Part shown: in pieces, positions 53,092 through 64,000 of the stretch | Layout: every line of letters starts with the position of its first letter | Numbering within the stretch: position 1 is the stretch's first letter | Assembly: GCA_963708075.1 (NCBI GenBank) | Contig: OY970194.1 | Location: 5,376,001 to 5,440,000, forward strand | From: Sedimentisphaerales bacterium | GTDB taxonomy: Bacteria > Planctomycetota > Phycisphaerae > Sedimentisphaerales > Anaerobacaceae | Direction of reading: 5' to 3' | Length of the DNA: 64,000 nt | Program-made: the position numbers and the translations under genes | The notes under the pieces: generated by a model | Databases searched by the model: none | The model's input: only the letters and a program-made list of their open reading frames with translations | Told to the model about the DNA's origin: nothing

Positions 53092-54624
53092 ATGCTTCAG
53101 CATTTCTTCAAGCGAAAGCCGCTCAGCATGGTGCACGAGGAGATGAAGGGTGAGAACCGCCTGCGCAGAGTGCTCGGCCCGTGGTCTCTGACCAGTCTCG
53201 GCGTCGGGTGCATCATCGGCGCGGGCATCTTCGTGATCACCGGATTCGCGGCGCACTACAAGGCCGGACCATCCTTAGTGCTCTCCTTTGTCACGGCCGG
53301 GATGGCCTGCATCTTCTCCGCCCTGTGCTACGCAGAGTTCGCCTCGATGGCGCCTATCGCCGGCTCGGCGTACACCTACGCTTACGTCACGCTGGGCGAG
53401 ATGCTCGCCTGGATCATTGGCTGGGACCTCATCCTCGAATACACCGTCGCCTCCGCCACCGTCGCGCACGGCTGGTCGAAATACTTCCAGAACTTCATCG
53501 GGATCTTTCACCTCCAGATTCCGCACGTGATCTCCAACGCGCCCTTTGAGTTCGACCCGATCAAAGGGGCCTTCATGGGCACCGGCACCTGGTTCGACCT
53601 GCCGGCGCTGGCTATCGTCACGATCCTGACGATTGTCCTCGTGGTCGGCATTCGGGAGAGCGCTCGCTTCAACAACGTGATGGTAGCCATCAAAGTGGCC
53701 ATCGTGTTGCTGGTTATCGGAGTCGGTGTGTTCTACATCGACCCCGCCAACTGGAAACCGTTCGCGCCATTCGGCTGGGCGGGCTTGAGTCTCTTCGGCA
53801 AACCGATCTGGGGACAGACCGGCGCAGACGGCACGCCGATCGGCATGGTTGCAGGAGCCGCAATCATCTTCTTCGCATATATCGGATTCGACTCCGTCTC
53901 GACCCATGCTGAGGAGGCCCGCCGGCCGCAACGCGATGTCCCCTTCGGCATCATCGCCTCGCTGCTCATCTGCACGGTCCTGTACATTGCGGTGACTCTC
54001 GTGCTCACCGGCATGGTGCCCTCTGATCAGATCGATGTGGATGCCCCCATTGCTGCAGCGTTCGAGCGAGTGGGGTTGAGCTGGGCGAGATTCATCATCT
54101 CCCTGGGCGCAGTGGCCGGCATCACATCGGTCATGCTGGTGCTGATGCTCAGCCAGCCTCGTGTGCTGCTGGCGATGGCTCGGGACGGCCTGCTGCCGGA
54201 AAGCTTCTTTGGTGATATTCACCCGCGTTTTCGCACGCCCTGGAAGTCAACCATCGTCACGGGCATCATGGTCGGGACGATGGCCTCGTTCATCCCGCTG
54301 GGCATCCTGGCGGAGCTGGTGAATATCGGCACGTTGCTGGCCTTCATCATCGTCTGCATCGCAGTGCTCGTGATGCGTTACATCCACCCGCATACAGAGC
54401 GGCCGTTCCGTTGCCCGTGGGTGCCGGTCGTTCCAATCCTGGGCGTGTTGCTCTGTCTGGGCCTGATGCTGTCACTGCCCTTTGGGAACTGGTTGCGGCT
54501 TCTGGTCTGGATGGCCGCCGGCATGTTCATCTACGTCTTCTATGGCCGCCACCGAAGCGTCATGGCTCGTCAGAGGCTCAACGAGCAGGCCGCCAACGCC
54601 GGCTGCGAGCCCCTGGCGCCATAG
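53092..54624 (+). CDS. APC-family amino acid permease
   Basis: 'LGVGCIIGAGIF', 'CYAEFAS', 'GSAYTY', 'FFAYIGFD', 'AMARDGLLP'. Confidence 0.93.
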   Translation: MLQHFFKRKPLSMVHEEMKGENRLRRVLGPWSLTSLGVGCIIGAGIFVITGFAAHYKAGPSLVLSFVTAGMACIFSALCYAEFASMAPIAGSAYTYAYVTLGEMLAWIIGWDLILEYTVASATVAHGWSKYFQNFIGIFHLQIPHVISNAPFEFDPIKGAFMGTGTWFDLPALAIVTILTIVLVVGIRESARFNNVMVAIKVAIVLLVIGVGVFYIDPANWKPFAPFGWAGLSLFGKPIWGQTGADGTPIGMVAGAAIIFFAYIGFDSVSTHAEEARRPQRDVPFGIIASLLICTVLYIAVTLVLTGMVPSDQIDVDAPIAAAFERVGLSWARFIISLGAVAGITSVMLVLMLSQPRVLLAMARDGLLPESFFGDIHPRFRTPWKSTIVTGIMVGTMASFIPLGILAELVNIGTLLAFIIVCIAVLVMRYIHPHTERPFRCPWVPVVPILGVLLCLGLMLSLPFGNWLRLLVWMAAGMFIYVFYGRHRSVMARQRLNEQAANAGCEPLAP

Positions 54625-54784
54625 GGGCAACCCCCTGTGGTTGCCCTCATGGGCAGGTCAAACAGGAAGTATTCGACGACCCGGCGAAGATGCGTGACAT
54701 CATCAACCGGGTCAAGAACGATCCATACGAGGCAGTACGGGGCGCCTCGGCCCAGATTTGGAGCGAGGGTAATTGAGGACGACT

Positions 54785-56042
54785 ATGACTAGGCACACAT
54801 TCATCGCTCTCTCCGCTTTCCTGATGGCAGTGCCGCAGATCGGTGCAGCGGATTTCGCGCCTGCGCGATGGAGACACGGTGGTCTTCCTGGGCGACAGCA
54901 TCACGGCGGCGCGCGGCTACGGCAAGGTGATCGAGAACTACACGCTTCTTCGCTATCCGCAGCGCAAGGTCCGGTTCATCAACGCGGGCCATGGCGGCGA
55001 CACGGCCGAAGGGGGCTTGAAAAGACTGGAGCGCGACGTCTTCGGCCGGGGAGCAACCGTGCTGACGGTGGCCTACGGCATCAACGACATCGGCTGGGGC
55101 ATGAAGGCGGACGCCGAGCACAAGCAGAGATACCTCGACGCCGTCCGCGGCATTGTCGAGCAGTGCCGCCAGCGCGGTGTGCGGGTGTTCATCTGCTCGC
55201 CGGCGATCACGGCCGAGGACCCCAATCGCTCCGAGGAAGGCTTCCTCCAGAAGATGGCCGACGAGGGCATGGCCCTGGCGAAATCGCTTGGCGAAGGAGC
55301 CATCGACATCCAGCGTGGCATGAGGGACATTCAACGCCGCATCTGGGCGGCAAACGCCCGCGAAACCGACCCGAAGAAAAAGACCTCACTGCACGTGGAG
55401 GACGGCATCCATCTCAATGATCTCGGCCAATTGGCAATGGCGTACGCGATGCTCAAAGGGCTGGGAGCACCGGCGGAAGTCTCCTCTGTTACCCTGGATG
55501 CGCGCGAGCCGGACCAGGTGCGAGCTGAAGGCTGCCGTGTCACCGACGTGCAGTGGCGTGACGGCGGCCTTGCGTTCGTTCGCCTGGACGAAGGGCTGCC
55601 ACTCAATCTCGGCATTCTCGGCGTCCTGCAATTCCGCTTCATCCCGATTCCGGACCAGTTGAACCGCTACATGCTCACTGTCCGGAACCTCCCTGCCGGC
55701 CGCTACGAGATCCGCGTCGAGGGCAGGTTGGTCGGAACAGTCACTGAACGGCAACTCCGCGACGGCATGAACATCTCCTCAATGACCGCCGACGCCTGGG
55801 AGCCCGGCGGACCCTGGGACGCGCAGGCCGGTGCCGTCAAGGAGCTGACGGAGGCGCGGGACCGGGTCACGATGGGCAACCTCCTGCGAAATCAGTTTCT
55901 CCCCGAGCACCCGCAGCGCGACGCCCTGAGCTCGCAATTCACGGAAACGGATGAGCGATTGATCGCCCTGCAAAGAAACGTAGCCCGGCCATTTCCCTAC
56001 CGCTTCGAAATTCACGCGCAGCCTTCTGAGCCGCAGCGTTGA
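54785..56042 (+). CDS. Secreted SGNH/GDSL hydrolase, frameshifted near 54860
   Basis: Signal peptide in the frame of ORF 54773; 'VFLGDSIT', 'NAGHGG', 'YGIND', 'DGIHLN' in the frame of ORF 54843. Confidence 0.82.
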
Positions 56043-56274
56043 CATCGATGGATCTGCCGGGGCAATACCGGCTACGATTGGGTATCTCGAATCTCCGGGT
56101 GGCAGCGGCAAGGTCGAAGGCTTTGCCGATGGCGAATGGGCAAACCATTGGCAAGCTGGCGATTGCCGCTGCCACCCAAGGCCTGATAATCTGCTGTGAG
56201 CAACTTATGCGTGATCGGTATGAACCCCGTCCTGCGGATTGGGAATCGACTGGTGAATGTCGGTCGCGTTCCGC

Positions 56275-58560
56275 CTACGCGGACGGCAGGGTGATCGTCA
56301 CGGTGGTGCCGTGGTCGGGGTGGCTCTCGATGGCCATGGCGCCCTGGTTGAGCTGGATCAGACGGGCGGTATAGGCGAGGCCCATGCCTCGCTTGCGGCC
56401 GGCGGGCCTGGCGGAGAAGAACGGATAGGTCGCCTTGCGGACTGTCTCGGCATCCATGCCGTAGCCGAGATCGCTGATTTGCAGGCGGACGGCGCCTTCG
56501 GCGGGCTTGGCGGTGATCTTCACGGGACCCAGCGCATCCGCGTAGGATTCGACGGAGTTGGCGATCACGTTCGCGAGCGCGGAGACGACCTGGGCGGAAT
56601 CCACGAGGACCTCGCCGACGCCCTCGGCCACCCGGACCTGGACGTTGATCGGCTCGCCCCCGGCCTTGTGGGTGGCGAATTCCACTGCTTCATCGAGCAC
56701 CTGGCGGATGTTGACCTTTGCACGTCTCGGCGGGTCAGGCTGAGCGAAGCTCATCAGGTCATCGACAATGCTCGAAGCCTCGCGGGCGTTCTCCCTGATC
56801 AGGTCGAGGACGTGCCGCTTCTGCCCGTCGCTTTCGGCCTGGGCGAGCAACTGGGCCCGTCCGGCGATGACCGACAGCGGATTATTCAGCTCGTGCGCCA
56901 CGCCGGCAGCCAACTCGGCCAGTGCCTCCACGGCCGAGGCGGGCAGGAGCGGTTGCGGATTCGAAGCGGCGCCGGCCTCAGATTGCGATTCTCCGGTCTG
57001 TGGGCGCGGGCTTTCGGACTTGTTGTTTGTTTTGATCTGGGCGAAACGTTCGAGGAGGCGCTCGTCGTGCTGCTTCGTCAAGGCAAGGCCCAGAACTGCA
57101 CCGGCCATCGACGCGGCCGTCTCGAATTTCTCCGCGAAGAACTCCACGTCGCCCGGGTGGTTCAACTCGAACGCGACGACGGCGACAGCCTGACCATCGC
57201 AGCGCAACGGCGCCAGCTTGGTCCGGCCGGCATCGAAATCGACCTCCAACTGCTCCAGCAGCCAGTCGATATGGTCTCGCGCATCGGTCACGGCGAAGCG
57301 GCCTGCAATGGGCGGAGGGATCAACGAGCCGTGGTCCGGGGCCTCCAGGACGATCTTGGACGCGTGCCCCAGGGCCTCCACCACGACGGCCTCGACCACG
57401 CCTTCCTGGGCCTGGCCGGGCCAGAAGATACAGACGCTGCCCGTCTGGAAGAACCGCTGCCATCGCTTGGCGAAATCTTCGGCGATATAGATGGCGCCGC
57501 CGCTGACGCCTGTGCTGCGGAAGAAGTCATCCGCGAAGTGGAGGCAGCCGGAGGTCATCTCCAGATTGCGGCTCTCAATCGCCAGTTGCGTGTGCATTTT
57601 AGACAGTTGTGCCGCAGAGGCTTGGATCAGCTCGCAGTACCTCGCCATCGGCTGGGGCATATCGAAACCGAGGGCCTTCACTTTCTGCTCGACCTGCTCG
57701 GGCAGCTCGTCCCGGATCTCCTGCAGCGTTTCGGCGGCGATGCCGAGCGTCAGGGCGATACTGTCGAGCGATTCGGGTGTAGCGTATGTGCCGGAGTGGC
57801 CGATCCCTGCCTGGCGGGCGATGTGATCGGCCGCCCAGACCGGCAAGGCCGCCCTGGCTTTTGGGGTGCTTTCCAGGATGACTGCGGGGTCGCTGTGATG
57901 GAGCCAGATCGCCAGGACGATAGGTTCGGGCAGCCGCCATCGCTGGGCCAATTGCTTGCCCAGCAGGGCGTGATTTGTGCCCAGGTGCCTCTGTTCGACC
58001 TCATGCAGGCTTGAGCGTGCGGCTTCCGCCTCCTTGGCGATCGCCGCCAGGCTCCGCGGCATGATATCCTGCAGGGTGAGCTTGCCGATATCGTGGAGAA
58101 GACCTGCTGAGTAGGCGAGGTCGGGCTCGACCTGCAACGGCATTGCTTCGGCGATTCGGCGGGCACAGCAGGCGACGGCGAGACTGTGGAGTGTCAGGTC
58201 CCTGCGGGCGGGCACAGCGGGGTGCTCACTGGCGAACTCGATCTCGAAACCGGCGGTAACCTTCGTTTTGAGGAGGATGTCGCGGACCTCGCTTGCATCC
58301 AGGCGGTCCAGGATCAGGCGGACAGCGTGCCGCTGGGACGCGGGGCCGCTGCCGAGACGCTGCGCCAGGGAGATCAACTCGGCGGCGAGGACAGGCTCGC
58401 ATTCTGCAATCTCTGTGATGGAGGCCGGGGAGAATTGGCCTTGGAGCATCTTCGAGAGGTACTGCACGGCAACGCACGGCGGCACCGACAGGGCATCAAG
58501 CTCCCCAATGGCCAGTTCCACTTTTCGGGAGGCTGTTGCGTCCAAGTTCTTCTGTGCCAT
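56275..58560 (-). CDS. HDOD-domain sensor histidine kinase
   Basis: 'HSLAVA', 'AGLLHDIGK', 'NHALLG..LAQRW'; 'AHELNNPL', 'PFFS', 'GMGL'. Confidence 0.9.
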   Translation of the reverse strand: MAQKNLDATASRKVELAIGELDALSVPPCVAVQYLSKMLQGQFSPASITEIAECEPVLAAELISLAQRLGSGPASQRHAVRLILDRLDASEVRDILLKTKVTAGFEIEFASEHPAVPARRDLTLHSLAVACCARRIAEAMPLQVEPDLAYSAGLLHDIGKLTLQDIMPRSLAAIAKEAEAARSSLHEVEQRHLGTNHALLGKQLAQRWRLPEPIVLAIWLHHSDPAVILESTPKARAALPVWAADHIARQAGIGHSGTYATPESLDSIALTLGIAAETLQEIRDELPEQVEQKVKALGFDMPQPMARYCELIQASAAQLSKMHTQLAIESRNLEMTSGCLHFADDFFRSTGVSGGAIYIAEDFAKRWQRFFQTGSVCIFWPGQAQEGVVEAVVVEALGHASKIVLEAPDHGSLIPPPIAGRFAVTDARDHIDWLLEQLEVDFDAGRTKLAPLRCDGQAVAVVAFELNHPGDVEFFAEKFETAASMAGAVLGLALTKQHDERLLERFAQIKTNNKSESPRPQTGESQSEAGAASNPQPLLPASAVEALAELAAGVAHELNNPLSVIAGRAQLLAQAESDGQKRHVLDLIRENAREASSIVDDLMSFAQPDPPRRAKVNIRQVLDEAVEFATHKAGGEPINVQVRVAEGVGEVLVDSAQVVSALANVIANSVESYADALGPVKITAKPAEGAVRLQISDLGYGMDAETVRKATYPFFSARPAGRKRGMGLAYTARLIQLNQGAMAIESHPDHGTTVTITLPSA

Positions 58561-58661
58561 GCTATCCCTGTTGCGCAATGGAACCGCTACGCTGCTTGCG
58601 AACCGGCTTATTCCATCCGACCTTCCGGCCCCATACCAAGCCCGCCGGTATCAAGCTTGCG

Positions 58662-59228
58662 TCATGCCATCTGCAGTGCGGCGTTGACTTTGTCCAGGAG
58701 ATCAGAGATGTTGAACGGCTTCTTCAGGAATTCCTGAGCCCCAGCCCTGAGGAGCTGATCGATCTCGTCCTGCTTGATCACGCCGCTGATGATGATGATG
58801 CGGGTGTTCTCGAACTCCGGATTCTTGCGAATGGTCTGGCAGACGACGTTGCCGTTGACGTCGGGCAGCATGTAGTCGAGCAGGATGAGGTCCGGCCGGA
58901 ACTGCTGCGTGATCATCCCGGCTTCGTATCCGCTGGAAGCCGTGCGAATCTCGAAGCCCCCCTCGCGCGACAGGATGTCGCTGATCAACTCCACGATCTC
59001 GGCGTCGTCATCGACGATGAGCACCTTGCGCTTGCCCGAGTCGAGGTTGTCCAGAGGGATGTCGTTATCCCGCATGAACCGGATCAGACTGGCACGCGGA
59101 ATGCGGCGGAACTTGGAGCCTGGGACGCGGAATCCTTTGAGCCGGCCCGAATCGAAGCAGCGGATAATCGTTTGCTGACTGACCCTGCAGATATCGGCCG
59201 CCTCGCCCGTAGTAAATAAGTCCTTCAT
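58662..59228 (-). CDS. Response regulator with an N-terminal excisionase-like HTH
   Basis: 'FTTGEAADICRVSQQTIIRCFDSG'; 'VLIVDDD', 'LLDYMLPD', 'KPF'. Confidence 0.92.
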   Translation of the reverse strand: MKDLFTTGEAADICRVSQQTIIRCFDSGRLKGFRVPGSKFRRIPRASLIRFMRDNDIPLDNLDSGKRKVLIVDDDAEIVELISDILSREGGFEIRTASSGYEAGMITQQFRPDLILLDYMLPDVNGNVVCQTIRKNPEFENTRIIIISGVIKQDEIDQLLRAGAQEFLKKPFNISDLLDKVNAALQMA

Positions 59229-59635
59229 CTTCCTTAACCCTTCCTTCTTCGCTAACTCCATTCAACGAAGGCCCATCCAGGTTGCCTTGCGTGCCCACAT
59301 TACCGAGCAACATTTCAGTTGTCAAGCTTAAAAATGGAGAAAACCCCATTTTTGACTATAGCACCCAATTTCTTATCGGCAGCAGAGCCAGGCACTGCTC
59401 CGCGTCGAATCCTGGCATGGACGGAATGGACTTATAGGACGAATAGGACCTATGAGCCTGCTGTGTGCAGAGCAACATAGGTCCTATTGGTCCCATTCGT
59501 CCCATAGGTCCACAATGTCCACTGCGTCCATCGCAATTCCAGCCTTTGCCGCCGCTTTTTTGTAACTTGCCCGGCTTCGTTGCGTCTTACACGTGGATAA
59601 GTGTGGTTCTTCGCTTGCGAAAGGTGGTCCAACTC

Positions 59636-60711
59636 ATGACTGTAGCCGACAGAATCCACAAAGAGGGTGGTCCCGATGCAACTACCGACAACCGCCAGTC
59701 CGCGGGGCCGGGCCAGGCGAGCCTGGGCGACGATCAACTGATCGCCCGGCTGCACGAGGGCTACGGCAGGCTCAAACGCCAGGTGCATCAGGTGATCGTC
59801 GGGCAGGATGAGGTGATTGATTCTGTGCTCTGCTGCATGCTCGGCGGTGGCCATTGCATCGTCCAGGGCGTTCCCGGCCTGGCCAAGACCCTCCTGGTGC
59901 ACTCCATCGCCGATGCCATGAAGCTCAGGTTCAACCGGATTCAGTTCACGCCGGACCTGATGCCCTCCGACATCACCGGGGCCGATATCATCCAGAGAGA
60001 CGCGCAGTCCAATCAGAGGAAGTTCGAATTCATCAAGGGCCCGATCTTCGCCAACATCGTGCTGGCCGACGAGATCAACCGCACACCGCCCAAGACGCAG
60101 GCCGCCCTGTTGCAGGCAATGCAGGAACGCGAAGTGACCATCTCCGGCAAAACGCACAAGCTCGCAGAGCCGTTCTTCGTCCTGGCCACGCAGAACCCGA
60201 TTGAGCAGGAGGGCACGTATCCGCTGCCGGAGGCCGCCCTCGACCGATTCATGTTCATGGTCTACATCGACTATCCGACGGCCAAGGAAGAGCACCTGAT
60301 GGTCAAGCAGACCACCACGGGCAAGAAACACACCATTGAGAGCGTGCTCGACGGCAATGATATGGCCTTATTCCAGGAGATCGTCCGAACGGCGCCGGTC
60401 AGCGACGTAGTGATCGCCTACTGCATCCGGCTGGCCCGTGCGACCCGGCCGACGGACCCACTGGCCACGGCATGGTGAAGAAATATCTGAAATGGGGCGC
60501 CGGCCCCCGTTCCGGGCAGTTCATGACGCTCGGCGCCAAGGCGCTGGCGCTGACGAAGGGCCGCATCACGCCGAGCTTCGACGACGTGAAGGCAATCAGT
60601 AAGTTGGTTCTGCGGCACCGGATCATTCCGAACTTCAACGCCGAGGCCGACGGCATCAGCATTGAAGCGGTGCTCGATGATCTGGTAGAGAGGGTGTCAG
60701 TGCCGAAATGA
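59636..60711 (+). CDS. MoxR-family AAA+ ATPase, frameshifted near 60470
   Basis: 'GVPGLAKT', 'RIQFTPDLMPSD', 'LADEINR', 'ATQNPIEQEGTY'; continues as 'WGAGPR..VLRHRI' in ORF 60472..60711. Confidence 0.88.
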
Positions 60712-60821
60712 TCGCGCATTCGCGATAAGACCTATAGGACGAATGGGACCCATAGGACCTGTACTGCGGCGCAGCGCGCCGATAGGTCCTATGCATCCTA
60801 TCCAAGCGGCAGCTCAAAACA

Positions 60822-61721
60822 ATGGCAAGCTCGACCCGCGAATATCTCGATCCGATCTTTCTGAGCAAGCTGGCCAACATGGAGCTGGTGGCCCGGTGCG
60901 CCGTGGAGGGCTTTTTCTCCGGCCTGCATCCCAGCCCCTTCCAGGGCTTCAGCGTCGAGTACAGCGACCATCGCGAGTACCACGAGGGCGACGAGGTGAA
61001 GTTCGTCGATTGGAAGGTCTTCGCCCGCAGTGACCGGCTCTACATCAAGCGATTCCACCAGGAGACGAACACGACCGTCTATCTGCTGCTCGACACGAGC
61101 AGAAGCATGGCCTTTGCCGGCGGCAAAGCCGTCCGCAAGATCGATTACGCCTCGTTTCTCGCCGCCGCCCTGAGCTATCTCATGCTCAAGCAGTGCGACA
61201 GCACGGCGTTGGTGCTATTCGCGGAGAAGATCAAAGCGCAGGTCCCGCCGGCCTCCAGGCGCACGCATCTCACCGCCATCCTGCGCACGCTCGGAGATGC
61301 GACCGTCGCAGGCCGGACAAACCTCGCCGCCGTCCTGCACGCGATGGCCGAGACGACGAAACGCCGCGGCCTGATCGTCCTGATCTCCGATCTGCTCGAC
61401 GACGAGGGCGACATCTTCAAAGGCCTGGCGCACCTGAAGTTCCTCAAGCACGACGTCATCGTCTTTCACGTGATGGATCGCCAGGAATTGCACCTCGACT
61501 ACGAGGGTCTCATCCAGTTCGAGGACCTCGAATCGAAGGACAGGCTGCGCACGTTCCCGCAATCCATCCGGGCCGAGTACCAGCGGCAGGTGAGCGAATT
61601 CCTCGACGAGATAAAGAAGACCTGCGGCAAGAACAATATCGACTACTGCCTGCTCAACACCTCCGAGCCGCTCGACAGGGCCCTGATCGCCTACCTCGTC
61701 AGGCGAAGGAGGATGATGTGA
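60822..61721 (+). CDS. DUF58 domain protein (vWA-like MoxR partner)
   Basis: 'GFSVEYSDHREY..GDE.K.VDWK', 'LLDTSRSM', 'LISDL'. Confidence 0.92.
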   Translation: MASSTREYLDPIFLSKLANMELVARCAVEGFFSGLHPSPFQGFSVEYSDHREYHEGDEVKFVDWKVFARSDRLYIKRFHQETNTTVYLLLDTSRSMAFAGGKAVRKIDYASFLAAALSYLMLKQCDSTALVLFAEKIKAQVPPASRRTHLTAILRTLGDATVAGRTNLAAVLHAMAETTKRRGLIVLISDLLDDEGDIFKGLAHLKFLKHDVIVFHVMDRQELHLDYEGLIQFEDLESKDRLRTFPQSIRAEYQRQVSEFLDEIKKTCGKNNIDYCLLNTSEPLDRALIAYLVRRRRMM

Positions 61722-63805
61722 GTTTCCTGGCGTGGACATTCCTGTTCGGGGCACTGGCGGTCATCGGGCCGATCGTGGCCCACCTGCTGAGCAAGCCCCG
61801 CTTTCGGCGCGTGCCCTTCACGATGCTTCGCTTCCTGCGTGCGGGACAGAGCCACAGCCACTCTCGGCGCAGGCTTCGCGACCTGCTGATCCTGCTTCTT
61901 CGCTGCGCGATCGTCGTGCTGATCGCGATCCTGTTCGCCCAGCCGGTGCTGCATGTCAAAGCGACCCCGAAGGTGCAAAAGGCCGTCATTCATCTAGCTC
62001 TGGATGATTCGATGTCCATGGCCTATCGCGATGGCAGCCGAACTTTGTTCGAGCGGATGATCGAGAAGGCCCTCGATCACGTCAGGCAGGCGCCGGAGGA
62101 TGCCGCCTTCAACATCTGCGGCCTGGCGTCGGGCCGCTCAAGCCAGGGCCTGACGAAAAGCGAGGCGATCACGGCGATCAAGCAACTCACAGTTGTTTCG
62201 GCCGGCGTCCGACTTGCTGACTTCTTCTCAGCCCTGGGTCAAGCCGGCCGAGCGGCCGGCCCGGACGCCATGATTTCCGCCGTCCTCCTGAGCGATTTCA
62301 CGCCGAGTATTCTGCGGGAGTTCGAGCAGATTCAGACGCCCGCGACTGTCGAGGAGATTTACTGCGAGCCTATCATGCCTGACAAGCCGGCGGAGAATAC
62401 CGCGATTGTCGCCGCGCGAGTGGCCGGCCTCATCGGTGACACGCTGAACCTCGATGTCACCGTCGCCCACTATGGACCGACGCAGCGGGAGTGCACCGTC
62501 ACGGCAGGACTCCCCGACCACAGGTCCTTGTGCAAACAGGAGTTGAGCCTTGCCCCCGGGCAGCACAGGGCCGTGCGATTACAGATGGGCCTGAGTACCG
62601 GGTTACACAGGCCCGACCAGCCGTGCCTGCCCATTGAGTTGAGCGTGTCACAGGAGGACGGCCTGGCTGAGGATGACACATTTCGTATCGCGGTCTATGT
62701 CCCTCGCGCCACACAGACAAACGTCGTCCTCGTCCACCGCGCTGAGGAGACTTTTCTGTTTGAGACGGCGATCCAGGCCCTCTCCAACTCGGGCTCCCTC
62801 GAACGGCTGAGCCTGACCAAGGTCCCGCAGGGCCGGCTTACCACCCGCGACCTCGATGGAGCTAGTATCGCGGTCTTCTCATCCTTGCCCGCAGGCCCGT
62901 CCGTACGTGCAGGCGACCTGAAAGCCTTCGCACAGAGGGGCGGCAGGCTCATCTTCTTTACGGCGGGCACGCAGGATTTGGAGACCGCAAAGCTGTTGTC
63001 GCGCGAGGGGCTTCTGGCGGTCCAGCCACAGCGGTGGGTCCAGGCCATCACATATCCCGAGCCCCGGCCCTGCACCGGCGTATCTCTCGACCTGGACGAG
63101 CAGGCGGCAAGGTCCCTGTCCAACTATCGCCTCGATCAGGTCGCCCTGAAGGGGTACTGGCTGTGCCAGCCGGCCGCACAGGCGCAGTGCCTCTGGCGCC
63201 TGAGCGGCGGCGAAGGGCTCATCTACGGCATGCCCTGCGGGCACGGGCTCTCCATCTTCGTCAATACGAGCATCGACGATTCCCTCGGATTGCTCGCCAA
63301 GTCCGCCGCATGGGTCGCCTTCTGCCGCTGCCTCATCGGTGAGACTGAGCAGGTCCAGCAGTTCTGCTTCTCCACCGGCGAGCAGCCCGTTCTTCGAATT
63401 GCGGATCGCGGATCCTGGAATGCGGATTCCGGAGGGCGTGGCGAGCGTACGGCCCTCTCGGTGGAAAACTGTGACGGAAGCAGGGGCAGGGCGGCAGCCC
63501 AAGGCAACGTGCTTCTGCTGCCCACGCCTGCGGGCACGGGGTGGATGAAGACAACGGATGGGCCAATCCTGTACGCAGGCATCAACCTGCCTGCCGGGGA
63601 GACCGACCTGACGGCCCCGACGCAGGAGAAGATTGCCGATATAGCAGGCCGTATATTTGTGCGGACGGAGGCCCGGAGGCCGGAGACGGCCGGAGTCCCT
63701 GTATCCGCGAACCTTGAGCAAAAGCCTGTTTGGCCGTTCTTCGCCTGGGCGGCGATGCTTCTGCTTGTGCTCGAATCGGCGGTCGCGAACAGGCTCAAGA
63801 GGTAG
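61718..63805 (+). CDS. BatA/vWA domain membrane protein
   Basis: 'GPIVAHLL', 'LLILLLR', 'FAQP', 'LDDSMSM', 'LLSDF'; C-terminal TM segment. Confidence 0.85.
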   Translation: MSFLAWTFLFGALAVIGPIVAHLLSKPRFRRVPFTMLRFLRAGQSHSHSRRRLRDLLILLLRCAIVVLIAILFAQPVLHVKATPKVQKAVIHLALDDSMSMAYRDGSRTLFERMIEKALDHVRQAPEDAAFNICGLASGRSSQGLTKSEAITAIKQLTVVSAGVRLADFFSALGQAGRAAGPDAMISAVLLSDFTPSILREFEQIQTPATVEEIYCEPIMPDKPAENTAIVAARVAGLIGDTLNLDVTVAHYGPTQRECTVTAGLPDHRSLCKQELSLAPGQHRAVRLQMGLSTGLHRPDQPCLPIELSVSQEDGLAEDDTFRIAVYVPRATQTNVVLVHRAEETFLFETAIQALSNSGSLERLSLTKVPQGRLTTRDLDGASIAVFSSLPAGPSVRAGDLKAFAQRGGRLIFFTAGTQDLETAKLLSREGLLAVQPQRWVQAITYPEPRPCTGVSLDLDEQAARSLSNYRLDQVALKGYWLCQPAAQAQCLWRLSGGEGLIYGMPCGHGLSIFVNTSIDDSLGLLAKSAAWVAFCRCLIGETEQVQQFCFSTGEQPVLRIADRGSWNADSGGRGERTALSVENCDGSRGRAAAQGNVLLLPTPAGTGWMKTTDGPILYAGINLPAGETDLTAPTQEKIADIAGRIFVRTEARRPETAGVPVSANLEQKPVWPFFAWAAMLLLVLESAVANRLKR

Positions 63806-63806
63806 A

Positions 63807-64000
63807 ATGGCTGCGAAAGCAGAGAACATCTTGCATGACCTGATCAGTCGGATCGCACGGGTGCGACGGTGGCTCGTCGCGCTGGGGGTGTTGAAGACGG
63901 CTGCGATTGGGCTTGCCTGTGTCTGCCTCTATGTCGGCCTCTACGCCTGGCTCGACCACCACGCGCATTTCGGTCACGCAGGCAGGCTCTTGGCGTTGCT
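63807..64000 (+). CDS. Membrane protein, N-terminus only (runs off the window)
   Basis: Open frame MAAKAENILHDLISRIARVRRWLVALGVLK...AWLDHH directly after the BatA gene. Confidence 0.7.
   Translation, partial: MAAKAENILHDLISRIARVRRWLVALGVLKTAAIGLACVCLYVGLYAWLDHHAHFGHAGRLLAL

Noticed and set aside
61193..61717. N-terminal extension of the BatA-like ORF
   Set aside because: It overlaps the DUF58 gene in another frame; the likely start is GTG 61718, coupled to the DUF58 stop.

Overview
A 64 kb stretch of a GC-rich bacterial chromosome. The taxon is inferred to be Planctomycetota, probably Phycisphaerae/Sedimentisphaerales, from the PEP-CTERM genes, the 'KWxQxP..ADDxxC..WWGSY' repeat protein, the excisionase-HTH response regulator with an HDOD kinase, and the MoxR-DUF58-BatA cluster. 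Core genes (thiE, gyrA, holA) are interspersed with many exported carbohydrate-active proteins, two multi-PAS HisKA_3 kinases, an AbiE type IV toxin-antitoxin pair, an IS630 and an ISAs1 element (both with clear ends and target duplications), one intact and one truncated REP-associated tyrosine transposase (RAYT), and several families of REP-like palindromes that form nested and mosaic clusters. The most notable candidate system lies in the accessory islet at the left end. A DUF3800 (RNase H-like) gene is overlapped at its 3' end by a convergently transcribed ~85-nt structured RNA with its own predicted sigma70 promoter, a three-way junction with a GAAA tetraloop, and a U-tail. The cassette sits between two copies of the thiE promoter and 5' end. 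A second candidate sRNA, carrying an anti-Shine-Dalgarno tract, lies upstream of gyrA. Several genes carry small frameshifts that look like assembly indels. No tRNA, rRNA, cas gene or true CRISPR array was seen. All family assignments come from motif recognition only; no searches were run.
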